Assembly (NCBI GenBank): GCA_025558095.1
Contig: JAIVFI010000022.1
Location: forward strand, 642,475 to 706,474
Source: Hyaloraphidium curvatum SAG 235-1
Taxonomy: Eukaryota; Fungi; Monoblepharomycota
Length of the DNA: 64,000 bases
Direction: 5' to 3'
Position numbers and translations under genes: made by a program. The stretch's first letter is position 1, and each line of letters begins with the position of its first letter. Below the pieces are notes generated by a model, which saw only the letters and a list, made by a program, of their open reading frames with translations, searched no databases and had not been told where the DNA came from. Shown here piece after piece: positions 46,408-59,638 of this stretch.

Positions 46408-47661
46408 ATGAAAGAGTGTAATCATGGGCTTCAGTGGACTCACAACTGTGCGGGACGGGTCGGCGCAGTTTTGGAAAAAACACAAACACCTCCCATGCCC
46501 ATGCAGAGCCCCAGGGAAACAGCGACCATGGCAAAGACGCTGAACAGTTCAACTGAGCGCTCACGAGTGCTGCGGGCACGGCGGGCCGAGGAGCGCCGCC
46601 AGGTGCTGGAAAAGAAGCGCCTTCAGCAGCGCGCCCGCCGCGTGGTCGCACGGGGCATCTCGCCGCCCGTGGTCTCGGCCGACGGGACTGCCAGCGACAC
46701 GGAAAATGGGGCTTCGACGGACACGCAGACGCCGGAGGCCTGGGATGGCCATCGAGCGTCTCCGGCCCACCAATTGCCCCGTTGCGCCCGCGCTCCTGGT
46801 GGCCGGGACCCGCGCGCTGTGCTGCAGGGACCTGCGGACGACCCCCGCCTGGTTGCGTTGCCTGCTGTCAACGAAGCCGGAGGCATCGGATTCGGACTTT
46901 ACGTCGCCTGTCCGTTGTGCCCAATGGCGCACTTCGACAGCTCACCGACGGCCACGTGGCGCACTAGTGCCGCCGAGGCGCAGCTGATCTTGCAGCGGTC
47001 CCTTTGTGGGCGGTCTGCCGCAGGCACCGCGTTCCGCAAGGGCGACGTGCTGGGCACCTACAAAGGAACCACGTGTGCGAAGAGCTCATGCGGGGACTAT
47101 GTTCTTTTCATTCAAGCTTTGGGATTTTCGGTTGACGGGGCCAATCGAGGTTCCATCCTGCGCTTCGCCAATTATGCACAGGACCATCAGAAGCGCAATG
47201 CGGTGTTTTTGGGCAAGCCGGTCAAGGTGGAGAACCTTTGGGGGGCCCGAGTGGTCGCCTCGCGCAACATTTCCTACCATGACGAGGTTCTGCTTAACTA
47301 TGCGTCGCCCGGTTTCATTGGGAACTCCATGGTCGCGCGGCTGGAACACAAACTTGACGAGAAGCCCACGCCGTGCAGGTTGCCGACACCGGTGGTGAAG
47401 GTACACCGAGTCCGGGACCCTGGTGACGGGTTCGGCCTGGAGCTCAACGTCACGCGTCAGAGCGCGTACGAAGGATGGGCACGCAGTGGACGGCGCACCC
47501 GCAAACCGAAGCGGATCTGGATCCGCGAGAGCGAGGTTCCGGAGTCCGACGCGGAATCGCGAAGAGTGATCTCCGGCTTTCTGAAGGGGCACCGGCCCAA
47601 GCAGCCGACTCGCGCAACATCCGCGAGGTTGTTGGGGAAGGCGAAGAAGATCGATGTATAG
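46408..47661 (+). CDS. SET-domain protein with possible degenerate chromo-like C-terminus (cargo)
   Basis: GIGFGLY/AGTAFRKGDVLGTYKG, VDGANRGSILRFANY, NAVF, VVASRNISYHDEVLLNY; probable in-frame intron. Confidence 0.8.
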   Translation: MKECNHGLQWTHNCAGRVGAVLEKTQTPPMPMQSPRETATMAKTLNSSTERSRVLRARRAEERRQVLEKKRLQQRARRVVARGISPPVVSADGTASDTENGASTDTQTPEAWDGHRASPAHQLPRCARAPGGRDPRAVLQGPADDPRLVALPAVNEAGGIGFGLYVACPLCPMAHFDSSPTATWRTSAAEAQLILQRSLCGRSAAGTAFRKGDVLGTYKGTTCAKSSCGDYVLFIQALGFSVDGANRGSILRFANYAQDHQKRNAVFLGKPVKVENLWGARVVASRNISYHDEVLLNYASPGFIGNSMVARLEHKLDEKPTPCRLPTPVVKVHRVRDPGDGFGLELNVTRQSAYEGWARSGRRTRKPKRIWIRESEVPESDAESRRVISGFLKGHRPKQPTRATSARLLGKAKKIDV

Positions 47662-47867
47662 GTTCTTCTTCCTAAAGTCTGCTTGCCTTCCGCATGCAGT
47701 CCGCTTTTTGTCCGCATCAACTCTGCATCACATCTACTTGGCGTTAGGTCGCCGGCGTCCAAACTAACCACCTCTCTCTGCACGTGCCTTTGGAGGTGTC
47801 TCTTAGAGACCCGTGGAGGTTCCAAAGAACCGATTCGGAAGGCGAGGGCGACGCAAAGTACGAATTG

Positions 47868-49839
47868 TTAAGAAAACATTTCGCCGGTCTCCGTAATGCC
47901 CAGCCAGCACCTAAGGTGCCCCATCCGTGCTTGCTCGTCGTCATATGTGCCGCCTGCCACCCACTGGTCGAGGGCTATGTAATGATCAAGGCCGGCCTCC
48001 AAAGGGAACGAGAACACCTCTCTCGCGATGCCGTAGAGCTCCGGGAATCGCTCGCGGTTTTCCTGTGACAAAGGGTGCGTCAATCGGCCTTCCCAGGCTG
48101 CCCTCTGGCGAAACACTACGCGTCCTACCTTCCAATAGCCGGGGATGTCGATCAGTTCCTCGCGGTTGGCACTGACCGACTCGTTGATGTAGACCACGGC
48201 CTCGCTCTTGCCGTGGTTCTGCCGACGAGCCTGTACCGCGAAATCCTCGATATCTTGGAGATGGTTATGCCTAAGTGAAGCGCGCGGCTTGGTGTACGGA
48301 CGCGCGGTGGCGACGGGAGCGGCGTCGTTTGTGATCGCGCTTGCTGCTGAAATGAGCATTTCCATGGCAGTCTTCTTGTACGATTCCAGTTGCGACCGGA
48401 TGACGGCATGCTTTAAGGCGTCTTGGACGGCGGCAATCTTTCGGGACAGCCACGTGAGCCTCATGTTCGGGTTAAGCACTGCCCAGGACCGCAAGATCAA
48501 TAGGAGCCCTCGAATGGACCAGTCGCGACAACGCTGCTGGAAGCTCACCCATACAAAGGAGGACATAACGCTCGTTCGATTCAATTGCAGACTTGAGTTC
48601 CTTGTCTGCCGTACTTAGGAGCTCGGCAGCTTGCTCCAGCTGCAGTTTTGGGAGGTCTGCAAGGCCGCGACTCTTGGTCCGGTCAATCAGATCCACTTGG
48701 GCATCATGCAATAGGACTCGTAAGTCAATCAGTGCCGCTGCAATGAGCCCGCGTTGATGTAGGCGTCGACCGTCGTCCCTCGGAGTGTCCCGCAGATCGT
48801 AATCTTGCACAGCTTCCCAAGCGTTGACGAGCACTTGCCTTGGCGAGCAAGTGGTGAAACGAAAATCGAGTCAGCAAGCATCGACATGCACGCATACCGC
48901 GCGCCCTCACGCACCGGAGATGAAACATAGTCGCTGGTGGCGGTAGGGAGGAGGTCGGGTAGGGCATGGCCTTTTGCGCTTTACGGACGAGCTCCCGCAC
49001 CCGGAAGAGCCACGGCTTGATTCCGTAGCCGAGAAGCTCGAAGCGGTCATGCTCGAGGCGTGGGGTCTGCTGACCACTGAGGAAGCCAGGGGGGATCGCC
49101 ATTGTAATTGTTACGATCTGCACGCGGGTCGTTTGTCGGTGACACAATGCGGGAGTTGCCCCAGCAGGGCGCGTGTCCTACTTCGTTCTCAAGCAGCGCC
49201 ACGTGCCTGGCCAGGGGCTCGTCCACAATCATGCTCTTGATCATGTCGAACGAAACGCTCCCGTTGCGAGCGATTCGCTCGCCAACGACAGCCTGAAAAA
49301 GCTTCCAATCCTCGGACAAAAACTCGACCACGAGCTTGAGAGACGTTGGGTCTTTGACGTCCATTGCCGTACCGTCATCGGCGACGAACGAGACCAGGAG
49401 ATGGCCGGAGCAGGTCTTGAGCAGGCTGGCCACGCGCCGATGAACCTCGCTGACCAGATCCGCCACAGTCGGCAGAGGAACGTCCTGGCAGACAGCGCGG
49501 ATGAGGCCACGCACGGCTCCATTGTCCGGCGCGACATCCGACAGCCGGCGCCCCATCGACACGGCCAGCGAGAGCAGCGCCTGTTGCACATTGTTGTCAG
49601 ACTTTCGAATGGAACGGGATGAGAATCGGCCGCACTTTAACGAGATCCTCCTTGGTTCCGGCGGCGCGGGACTGTGCAATACCGCAGGGTTTCGGGGATG
49701 CGACAGCCGTGTCGCCGCTGCTGCCTGTGTGTGCTTCCTCGCCGAATTCGTCGACCTGACTCGTTTGTCGCGTTGGGCCAAGGGGGGGCGCCGCAGCCGC
49801 GCCGCCTTCTTCGCCGGCACCGTCCACCGAAGTAATCAT
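47868..49839 (-). CDS. Hypothetical multi-exon cargo protein
   Basis: Chain of minus-strand ORFs with GT-AG candidates between two 11-bp arrays; no recognisable domain. Confidence 0.45.
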
Positions 49840-50054
49840 TGAACCGTTTTGTTGGGTGGCGAAGAGACCTACACTGCTGGTCGATGGGCTCCAAGGGAGT
49901 GAGGCGATCAGTGAAAACAGGGTTAGGAGTGAAAGCGGACTACATGCAGATCGCAAACAGACACAAACTAGGACAAAACGGACTACAGTCAGACGGATAG
50001 CGGAGCAACGTAGCTGCGATATAGATTCCGCCATAGGCGTTCGGCAGCACATCG

Positions 50055-53000
50055 TCACACCGAATCCGGCTTCTTGATCCGCTTTTTGAGTTCCCTAGTC
50101 TTTTGTTTCCTCGCCGCACCCAGAACCTTCTCCCTTGCACGAGCTTCTGGACTCACATAATCCCGGGGATCAATCATCCAGTTGAGGTCGAGAATGTAAT
50201 GCCATTCCCTGGCCATCGGGTCCGAACCCCAGTCGGTGGGCTCCAACGCGGTCGAAGCCACGGTCGGGTCACCTACCCAGCGCCTCAAAAGCCCGACGAG
50301 GCGGTCCAGGCAGGTGACAGGCACTAACATATGTTCCATGTGAGAGCCGTCTCTCTGAAACTGGAAGTTTTTGATTCCCCACCCCGCCGCCGCGTCGAAA
50401 CCGGCCGCCTTGATGACCGACATCCACGCAAAGGCATGCTCCTCGCCCTGCACTTCGTGCACGATGTAGTAATGCACGAAACCAAAACGTTCGACTCCAG
50501 GATGATCCGGATCGTCGAACGCAGCCATGTGGTTGAGGCGCCGTGTCCGGTTGATTGCCTGGACCCGGTGAGACACCAAAGGGAGCCGTCTCGCGGGCTT
50601 CCCCGAAGACATCACCGAGCCAAAAGTCGCCTTGCCCGGTAGTTCAAGCCTGGCAAACTGGCGAAAGGCGCGGGAGATGTCGTCTTTGGCAAGATACCCC
50701 CCCCAGGTGCCACCCTTTCGGTAGTATCGGAGGAGCGCTTTGATCTGAACCTTTTTGAGGCCCTACCGCCGTGTGCGGGGACGTTGTTTGGATGCTTAGT
50801 GCCCCAGAAAACGGTTATTGCAAGCAACCAACCTCTTCTTCCCGGTGTACCCGGTACGGCCATCGCAATTCGAAGCCTGTGCCGGTGTAGATCTTTCCGA
50901 ACTGTTTCCGCTGGAGCTTTCGCTGGTCGATGAAGGCTGTCTCCATTCGAGGGTCCATCTTCACCAGCTCAAGCCGAGTTTGGCCCTGAACTTTGCCGGC
51001 CATGTCTGCTATGGGCGCCCGGCGGTTGTCGACCAATTGTTGCAAAACGTTGATCTTTCGCTCTGTTTGGAATTGGGACGTTGCCCACGGAGCCCCGTTA
51101 CAATCGACCCGCTCCGCAAAATGCAGGAACGTGTGCAGATTGTACGTGCAGACGTCACCCATGACCTCCTCGGATCGATCATAGCACGTCCTGAGCAGCA
51201 GAGCGAGGTGGGGGCGGCGGGTGCGTGTTACTGGTAATACTAAATGCTGAGAATCACGCACCCACCCCTCGCGCCAGAGAACGTATCTTAAGCAAGCCTC
51301 GTGCAAAAGACCGGTATCCACGCGGTGCTTCGCCGTGAGCTGTCCAATTCGAACAAGCCACGCGATGCCCTCAAAGTCCTCGGGGAGCAGGCGATCATGG
51401 AGGAGGGGAACATAGTACAGTTTCAAGAGGGTGAACCACTCCTCCGTCTTGTACCCATTCTCGTGGACCAAGCTGCGGGGAACGCGCCCGAAACAGCTTG
51501 GGAGGAGAAGCGCCGAAGCCACGATATCATGGTCCATCTCCTCGATCTGACGAGGTGTCAGACGGCATCTGGCGGATGGAGTGTCCCTGGAGTTGACGGC
51601 CGTGTTGTACTCCTGCGTCGTCATCCCTTGGCAGTGTTGCGAGGAATCCGTGATGTGGGTGGGTTTGACGTTGATCTTGTGCTTCTTGGCCATCTCCTTC
51701 GCGAACTTTTTCCATTCTTTCTTCCCCATCTTCGGCTTCAGTGTTCTCTGGTAAAGGCGTTGGACGTTGCCAGCAACCTGGTGCATCCGGTCGTACGCGA
51801 GGCAGTGCGGAAGCCGCATCGCGCCGAACGCAGTGCGCGTGACCGGGAGACCCTGATTCGAGAAGCAAATGTCGAACACGGAGCGACGCATGATACCTGC
51901 GGTACCAGCAGCAGCAGGAGGCGAGCGCCAAGTCAGGTACGCGAGCTTATCTCGCCGCCGCCGGTGCACGCACCCGTTTCCTTCTGGATCTTGTCAATTG
52001 CCGCTTTGGGAGCCTCAAGTCGGGCGTACGTCGAAGCATACGTCTCGACAGTGTACATCGGAAGGTTCTCCGGGTCGTAGTCGATCCGGCCTCCACGCTT
52101 CCCGTAGGCCTCACTCAGCTTCACGTTTGCCACGTCCGGCAGGTGAAGGCACGGGCACCGCCCGTACCCAACCAATCCACAGAACATACAAGATACGGTC
52201 GCGTTGTGTCCCCGAGACCCTGCCATCTTCTTGATGTGCGGCGCATCTGCTTGCACCATGTACGCGTGGCCGCGCATAGTAAAAGTGACCCCGTCGGACG
52301 CATCCTTGACCCCGGGCACACCTTCTGCCAGCTGCTGCAGCTCCTCCCGCAGCGGGCGGATGACCGACTCGTGATCCCACTTCATCCCACCGGGGAGGAG
52401 CATGCAGAGGTGCTGACCACCATCAACAGTTCGGATGCCGGGCGGGAGGTTGGATATCTTGGCAAGCACGGGTTCGAACGTGTTCTTCGCCCTGTTATTG
52501 TGGTCGGATCAGTCCATCCACACGGATTGGATGGTAGGATGAACTCACTGCTTGAACATTTCGGCGGGATCACCGCTGATCTCGAGCCAGACGGTGCGGG
52601 GATCGAGATTTCCAGAGTCGTCATTCGCGAATCCTTCGTCGATCAGTCGCTGGAACTCCGTTCCGTCAAATACGTCCCCAACGACACGGCCTGCTGCTGG
52701 GCGCTGCTGTGACGGCTGTGACTGCGGCTGCGGCTGCAGTTTCTGCTTTCCCTTCCCTTGTTTTCCCCCCTGACGCGCATGTTCCTTCTCTCGCTCGGCA
52801 GCAGCCTGCTGCTGTTCGATCTCGTGCTGCAACCGCCCCAACATCTCGGTGAAATAGCCGTACCACCATTTGAGTTCTTTAGCCCGGCCCAAGTGGCCGA
52901 ACATGGCTCGCAGGACGGGGATTATGGGGAAGTAGAAAGCGTACTTGTGTGCTGTACCAGTGTCTCCACGGCGGTCGGAAGGATGCCTGAGGTATCGGGC

Positions 53001-54047
53001 AGCTTTGCAGATGGGGCAGGCAACGGCCTTGGCCAAGTCCATGCCACTCCTGCTGTCAATGCCATGGAAAAGTACGCATCCGTTGCGGCAAACATGATGT
53101 CCTGTGGGTAGCGCAATAAGGAGCCGATCACGCACGGTAGAGAGAGTGGTCTCACTCTCGTAAGCATAACCCCCTGAGAGTGTGGCAAGCCGCACCCCGG
53201 CCATGTAGCGGGACACCGATGCATCACCGAGAAGGTTGGTCATGAAGTCGGTGTAATGGTCTTCTGTCCCTTTGTATTCCACGTGAAGCCGTTCCGCGGT
53301 GAGAAATCGTATTACGTGCTCGTCGGACTTGAAGCTCGGGTGAGCCGTCTGGATGGAACCGCTGCCCTGGAAAGAGAAGAAAAAGTCCTTGGCATTGTCC
53401 GCCGCTGCTTCCTCCTCCCTTTTCCGGTGTTCCATCCGCCGCCGATGCTCCTCTTCGTTTGCCTTCCTCCAGTCCTCCTGGGATTCCTCAATTCCTTGAA
53501 GAAAGGCCTCATCATCGCTTCCGTAGTCCGATTCTGCGAAATCCGACTCGTGGAAATCGTTCAGTTCCGCGTCGGGTTCCGTGTCTGAGTCTGATTCCAG
53601 TGCAGAGTCGGATTCCGATTCATGTGCAGATCCGAAGGCAGAGTCCGAAGCAGACGTCTCGGATCCACTATCCGCAAAGTCGGAACCAGCCGTCTCGTTT
53701 GTCTGGCCCGCAGGCGTGGTCACGTCCGGAGCCTTTTGCGCCGGATCATGGATGGGAGAAGGGTCGGCGACCTCGCCGGGGGGCGACGGTGCAAAGTCAT
53801 CAGCAGATGCACCCCACGTAGAGGCTGTGAGGACTCTTCGCTCGGCGGAATCGTTGGTATAGTGTTTCCGTGAAAACCACGCTTTCGCCGAGAAGTGCGT
53901 CGCCAGGAGATCACCAAGGGCCGGATCCCCGTCCGCGAGGGAGCCCCACTCGTGGCACACGCCTCTCTCGTTCACGTGTTTCTTGATGGTTCTATTCAGA
54001 TGGGCATGCGTGCCACGACAGCCTGAACAAGGGCACCGGCTTCTCAT
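50055..54047 (-). CDS. CACTA/EnSpm Tnp2-family transposase, multi-exon, apparently intact
   Basis: N-terminal CPCSGC..H; HVCRNGCVLF..CPICKAARY; YFPIIPVL; DVFDG; ISGD; NLPP; QADAP; GHNATVSCMFC; YDRMH; YKTEEW; NLHTFLHF; GAPWATSQFQTER. Confidence 0.92.
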
Positions 54048-54281
54048 CGGTATCAGCGCACAGAAAAGGGGTCGGATTGTGTGCCTCGAGAAAACTAGCG
54101 CCGGCCGACGAGAATGTGAAACCTAGCCTCAAACTGGTAGGTTATGGGATTGGGAAGCAAAGCGGATGGCAAGTAGATAGTGAGCAGATCAAAAGCGGAC
54201 TCCATGCGGACACAAAACGGTATCGCAGCGGATCGCGTCTTTGCGGGGCTCGCCAAACAGACTCTGGTTCTCTGGAAAACT

Positions 54282-55085
54282 ATGTCATCCGAAACCTCGT
54301 CACCGGCGGCGGTCGGCCCGGCCGAGCGTCGCCGGCTCCGCCGCGAAGCCGCTGGCAAGACCGCGGGCGCGCGTTCCGGCGACGAAGAGGACGCGGAACC
54401 GCCGTCGAAACGGCGGCTCAGGAAAAAGGAGACGGCTCCCGACGACACGCAGACGGACCTTGAGCTGGCGTTGTTTCCCGACTTGCGCCGAACGTCTGCT
54501 GCGCTTGGTGGCAACGCCCCCAAGGAGGCCGCCCGACCGGCAAGCAACGGCAGCCGCGGCTCGAAAGCGGCAGTTCCAGGACCGGCCGGGCCGCGGCGCT
54601 CTGATCAACGCGGCCGGGCGGTGGCCACGGTGAGCCGATGGCTGGATCTGGCAGCGGTCGACGACGACGCGGGACCCGGCGCGTCCCCGGGTGATTCGGC
54701 CTACGAAGACACCCACGAACTGGACACATCCTCCCCCGGAGAGGTGGGCTCCCCGTGGCGGAACTCGCCCTCGTTCCACCGCGAGCTGGATGCTCGCAGG
54801 GCAAAGGAGGAGGCGAAAAGAACGCGGGACGATCAACGGCAGGCGCGTTGGGGGCGCGGAAGCCGCTCCACACGAGGCGCGGGAGCCTTTGGCACCGGCG
54901 CCCCGCCGTACCTCCCCTCTTCCGATGGAATCGATCGGATCTCATCTTCTGCGGCAAGCAGCTTCGATTGAAAGGGAACCCGCTGCGCCGGGCACGCCAG
55001 CCCTCGTTGGAGCGCAGCACCCGCATCGACGGACAGGTTGGCGAGCCACGCACGGTGGCCATCGGCATAGGCAAAGCAAGCTAAG
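54282..55085 (+). CDS. Hypothetical basic/disordered protein, divergent from the transposase
   Basis: ORF from ATG 54282 with NLS-like PPSKRRLRKK; 3' end uncertain. Confidence 0.4.
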
Positions 55086-55318
55086 CTACATTGTTGGTTA
55101 TACTCCCTGTACAAATAGGATTACCCAACAAGTTTCGTCGGACGTGTTCTGGGCGCCATCTGCTGTGATTCCACGTCGCGTTGCCCCGCATCGGTTCGGT
55201 AAACGCTGCCACCAGAAGCCGGACGACCATGGTAGCCAACCGAAAGCATCTCCCGGATTGGGCACACCCTCCTGCGAATCAGCAAGACGATTGCAGAGGT
55301 GCCAAGGGGGAGCCTACC

Positions 55319-56221
55319 TCAGATGATGTCCAACACTATGTCCTTTACCAAATGGTGCCTGTACTTGGGAACTTCGCTCTGCCTGATCCCAGCGCCTTTG
55401 TACCATGCCTCCAGTCTCTTTTGAACGATTGCTGCATTCCACGGACCCCAAGTGTGGGGCCCTCCTCCTTCCAAGGTGAGCGATGCGAACAGCTCGACGT
55501 GGGCCATAGCAAACACCATGCATGCAGACCCGTCGAGCTGCTTGGCGTCGCCGACGTCCAAATCAATGTCCAAGTACGATTCCTCCTTCGCCACCTCGTA
55601 GCCCTCGATGCGGAGGATCGAGTGCACCACCTGTTCGACGCCTCTGGCATCCCGAAGTACCCCTGCCCGTGAACCAGACCGCGAGAGGAGATCCAAAGCG
55701 AACGTGAAGGTGCCCACTCGTCCCGTGCCGGCAGTTGGGTCGAAGAAGTGGGCCATCGACGCGACAAAGATCCAATGGGACCTTTCCTTGACAAAGAGCG
55801 GCGCGAGGAACATCCAGCAGCGTCGTGAAATGGCGAAGCGCGTTTCGCTGCGCACATGCTTCTCTTCGCGGCCGACGCCGTGCTCGTATCCCTTCGCGCG
55901 CATGTTCTGGCGGACGTATCCCTCGACGCCCACCTTCCGCCACGCTTGGTAAGCGTTGCCGGGGTTCCCCGCGGAGATGTCGACGGCAAAACGGGTCAAC
56001 TGCCCGTCGAGAAACACCACTCCGGGAAAGTACTGGGCCCTGCGCTCGAGCCACCGTTGGTAGGCTTCGTCGCCTAGCCAGGTCTCGGGCTCGAGGGGCC
56101 GCACGAGCTCCGAAACCCCAGGCTCCCGGGTTACCTTCGTGAAAACGAATCCAGTCACTGCGCCCCTTTCGTCGGCACCTAGTCCCCGATCCCAGGGTTC
56201 GTTCCACCGGAAGTTCGCCAT
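55319..56221 (-). CDS. Ulp1/SENP-like C48 cysteine protease (cargo)
   Basis: LEPETWLGDE, APLF...SHWIFV, ALDLL, KQLDGSACMVF give the His-Asp-Cys triad and the oxyanion Gln. Confidence 0.8.
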   Translation of the reverse strand: MANFRWNEPWDRGLGADERGAVTGFVFTKVTREPGVSELVRPLEPETWLGDEAYQRWLERRAQYFPGVVFLDGQLTRFAVDISAGNPGNAYQAWRKVGVEGYVRQNMRAKGYEHGVGREEKHVRSETRFAISRRCWMFLAPLFVKERSHWIFVASMAHFFDPTAGTGRVGTFTFALDLLSRSGSRAGVLRDARGVEQVVHSILRIEGYEVAKEESYLDIDLDVGDAKQLDGSACMVFAMAHVELFASLTLEGGGPHTWGPWNAAIVQKRLEAWYKGAGIRQSEVPKYRHHLVKDIVLDII

Positions 56222-56376
56222 GGCCCCAGATGGTACGTCTCGAGAACCCGACCTTAAGAATTTGATGTGTCGTTCGTTCGCTGCTCATCCCTTTTCGTTC
56301 CCTTTCCATTCTGCTTCTTTCCCGCAACCGGCTTCTTTCCCGCAACCGGCTTCTTCCTCCGCTCGCGCTCGACGCG

Positions 56377-58513
56377 ATGCCCCCCAAGGGTGCCGCGCCC
56401 GCGCCGGAAGCAACGACGCCGCCGCAGCGGCGCCCGAGGCCGCGGGTCCGGGACGTGGTCACCCCGGGTGCCCGGGTGCCTTCTCCTGCAGCGGGTACGC
56501 GCGCGAGACTCGCCTCCGGCTGCCACTGCAGTCTTTGAACATGCGTCTATACGGGTGCGCAGACCAACCGGCCCCCACGTCGCCCAGTCGAAAAGCCAAG
56601 TCCAAGCCGCATGCGAACGCGTCGCTCGCGGTCAAGGCGAACGCGCCCAAGCAGAAGAAGGCCAAGTCCAATCCTCGGGAGGGTAAGCCACGGCCAACAA
56701 CGGCGTTGCGCGCCGTCTAACGCCTTGTCACGACCGGCAGAGGACCCGTCAGGCGGGCCGCGCGAGCCGACGGAGCCGGCCAACGCGGTCAAGAAGACGA
56801 AGGGCAAGGGCAAGCAGAGAGAGGGTTAGCCACGCCCAGCAGCAACGGCGTCGCGCGCTGTCTAACGCCTTTGTCACGACCGGCAGAGGAGCCCTCCGGC
56901 GGCCAGGACGACCCGAAGGATCAGGCCGTCCCGGCGGACGAACCGGCGAACGCGCTCGACCTCTTAAAAGCGACGCTGGCGAGGCAGCTCGCTAGCAAAG
57001 AAGTTGAACCCTGCGACGTTCCCGAAGCGGCCGGCGGCGGCCCGCACCCGGACATCGTTGGCCTGTTCGACTACGTGGGTGTCTCCGAGATTCCCCAACG
57101 AAGCTAGGCCACCACTGATTTCACTGCTAGCTCGCCGAAATCACTACAGACTTCGACACCAAGGCTTACGCGGCATGGATGAAGACCGAGTTCAAGCACA
57201 AGCGAGTCCGGTTGGGCAGTCTGGATGAACGGAGGGCGAAAGCCATCTCGCAGGTGGGCTTCAGTAAGCGGTGCCTTCCGGCGTCGGCCAATGACCTTCC
57301 CTTGCAGCACATCGACAACTACAAGAAGGAGCGCAGCAGCAAAGTCATCGAAGAGCTGGACCTGCTATACAAGGCCGCTGATAGTCGCGAGATAGTCAGC
57401 AGAAAGTATGGGGGCCAGCGGTATTTCAAGGCGCCGGTGGTCCGTGCGGGCGGGCCGGTGCGCCCCATCGTTATGGACTTTTTCAAGGATGTGGGTGTTC
57501 CACGCACGGACCCTTGGACCGGAGCCGGGCCATGATTGACTCCGCTGCCAGCTCCTCGAGCTCACGGACGATGCCGAGATGGCCTCTTGGCTGCAAGACG
57601 TCGTGAGCAAGTTGGCGTCGGACGAGACGGTGGTTTCGGGGGTGGACGACGACCAGCAGAAGGCCATCTTCGAGGTGGTTTTCTGGGCAGCGTCCACCGC
57701 CACGGGCGGCCACTGACTCCGTTTCCTTGCAGCACATCAAGGTCTACAAGAAGCGGCTGTTGGATGACGACCGGCAGCTCCCCGGCCCCCCGCCGGAGGA
57801 GGACTCCGAGGCGCGCGCCGCGACGCCCCCGGTCGTCGCCCCGCAGCCGCCGCCGGAGGACGACGGGCAGCTCCCCGACCCCCCGCCGGAGGGGGACTCC
57901 GAGGACGAGGATGAAGAGCTCCGCGGGCCTGCTGTGGCAGAGCCGCGGAAGCGGGGCCGTGGCAAAGGAGGGCGGGGGAGGGGACGGGCCGTTGAGACTA
58001 AAGCCAAGAAGCCGCGTGTCCGGGGTAGGCTTACCTCGAACGGCGCCGAGGACGGACGCATCTAACAGCATTTACCGTCCGGTGGACAGATGTGTCGTCT
58101 GCCGGCAGCGCCCCGAAGCCCCAAGGCGACGAGCACGCGCACGATCCGGAGCCGGCGTCCAAGAAGGACAAGGCCAAGGGCAAGGACAAGCGGACGCACA
58201 AGCAGCCCGAGGATGAACACCAAGACGACGAGTACGCGCCCTTTCCGGGGCCGGCATCCAAGAAGCACAAGGCCAAGGGCAAGAACTTGAGATTCCTCGA
58301 ACTCAACCCGACCGTAAGTCCTCGTCCCTCCGGCACGCTTTGGCAAGACCGCTCATGCAGGAGACGTTCTCCGTTGTAGACGGACCAGCTGCAAACCCAC
58401 GTGCAGTCGCTTGATATCCCGTACCGGCTCCTCCTCAAACCGCAGATCAATGCATCGCCGCTCGGGTTCTTCGCCTTGAAGAAGGCGACGCCCGACAAGC
58501 CCGACGCCAAGGA

Positions 58514-58548
<35 letters not shown>

Positions 58549-59638
58549 ACGGGGACGGGGGCAACGGGGACGGGGTCGGGGATGGAGATGGGGTCGAGGA
58601 GCACGTTTGCTTCGTGGTCGGCTGCCAGACGCGGTACAGTGGAACCAGCCAGTTCCACGCCCACCTCCTGTCGGCACACGGGATCAGCTCACGGGACATT
58701 CTCCGGTCGTGGAGGGTGAACTTCGGCGTTGTCGAGCGCACCGGAAGGGTTGGTTGGGACACTTGCTATCGATCTGGCGTTCTTGACCAGTCGCGTGGCG
58801 CATCAGGAGAGCGCTGAGAAACTGACCAAGGAACAGAAGATGTCCCTGAGTGGTGCTATAAGGGCTGTCACGCCGTCGCAGGCATGTCTCCGTGGGCCGC
58901 GCATCACGACCCGGCCCGCTTGACTGACAACTTGGCGCCCGAAGGCGGAGCTCCTGACGGCGGCGCTCGACATCACCGATCACGTTGCTCTGGACGCGAG
59001 CAGCAAGGTCGTGTACACCATCGACAAGTTCGACAAGCCCGTGGACCCGCCGTTGCCATCCAAGGTCGTTGTCCGGCTACCGAACATCGAGGAGACGGAC
59101 GGGCGAGTCTTCTTTCGCCTCGTGCTGACGCACCATATGACCATCGAAAAGGTTATGGGTTTCCTGCTTTGCACCGGCGGACCTCCGCATTGACGCGAAT
59201 ACTTCCAGATCGTCGAGATCAACGAGACCGAGGTCGCTTTGATTGGGATGGTCACATACCCTGGCGCACTTCTACATCTCGCGAACGAATTCGTCGCCAA
59301 GTACGACACCCGCGAGCGCCCGCCCGACGCGACCCCGGTGCAGGTAGAGGTTGGGCTCGACTACGTGTTCAACGATTCATTCGCGACCCACTGCTTCCGA
59401 GTACGTCATAGCGCGTTGGTGCCTCACCCGGCAAGTTTCCTAACCCCTTTCCCAGGTCACAATTACCGCCGAGACAAGCTGGCTATTCCCGGGCTTCGAA
59501 GTCGACCTCGAGGAGCCGGCGTTCCGGGTGGTAAATGCCAAAGGGCTCAGTATTGTTAGCTTTCGCGGGCGACGGAAAGCAACGAGGAATGAGGGACGAT
59601 CGCTTGCGCGTGCGATCAACTTGTACGAGGATGATTAG
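56377..59638 (+). CDS. Multi-exon cargo protein with a C2H2 zinc finger and internal repeats
   Basis: CFVVGCQTRYSGTSQFHAHLLSAH (C-x4-C-x12-H-x4-H) near 58608-58679; many short introns; exon chain approximate. Confidence 0.55.
58523..58592 (+). repeat. (GACGGG)n coding microsatellite (Asp-Gly)
   Basis: Visible directly. Confidence 0.85.
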
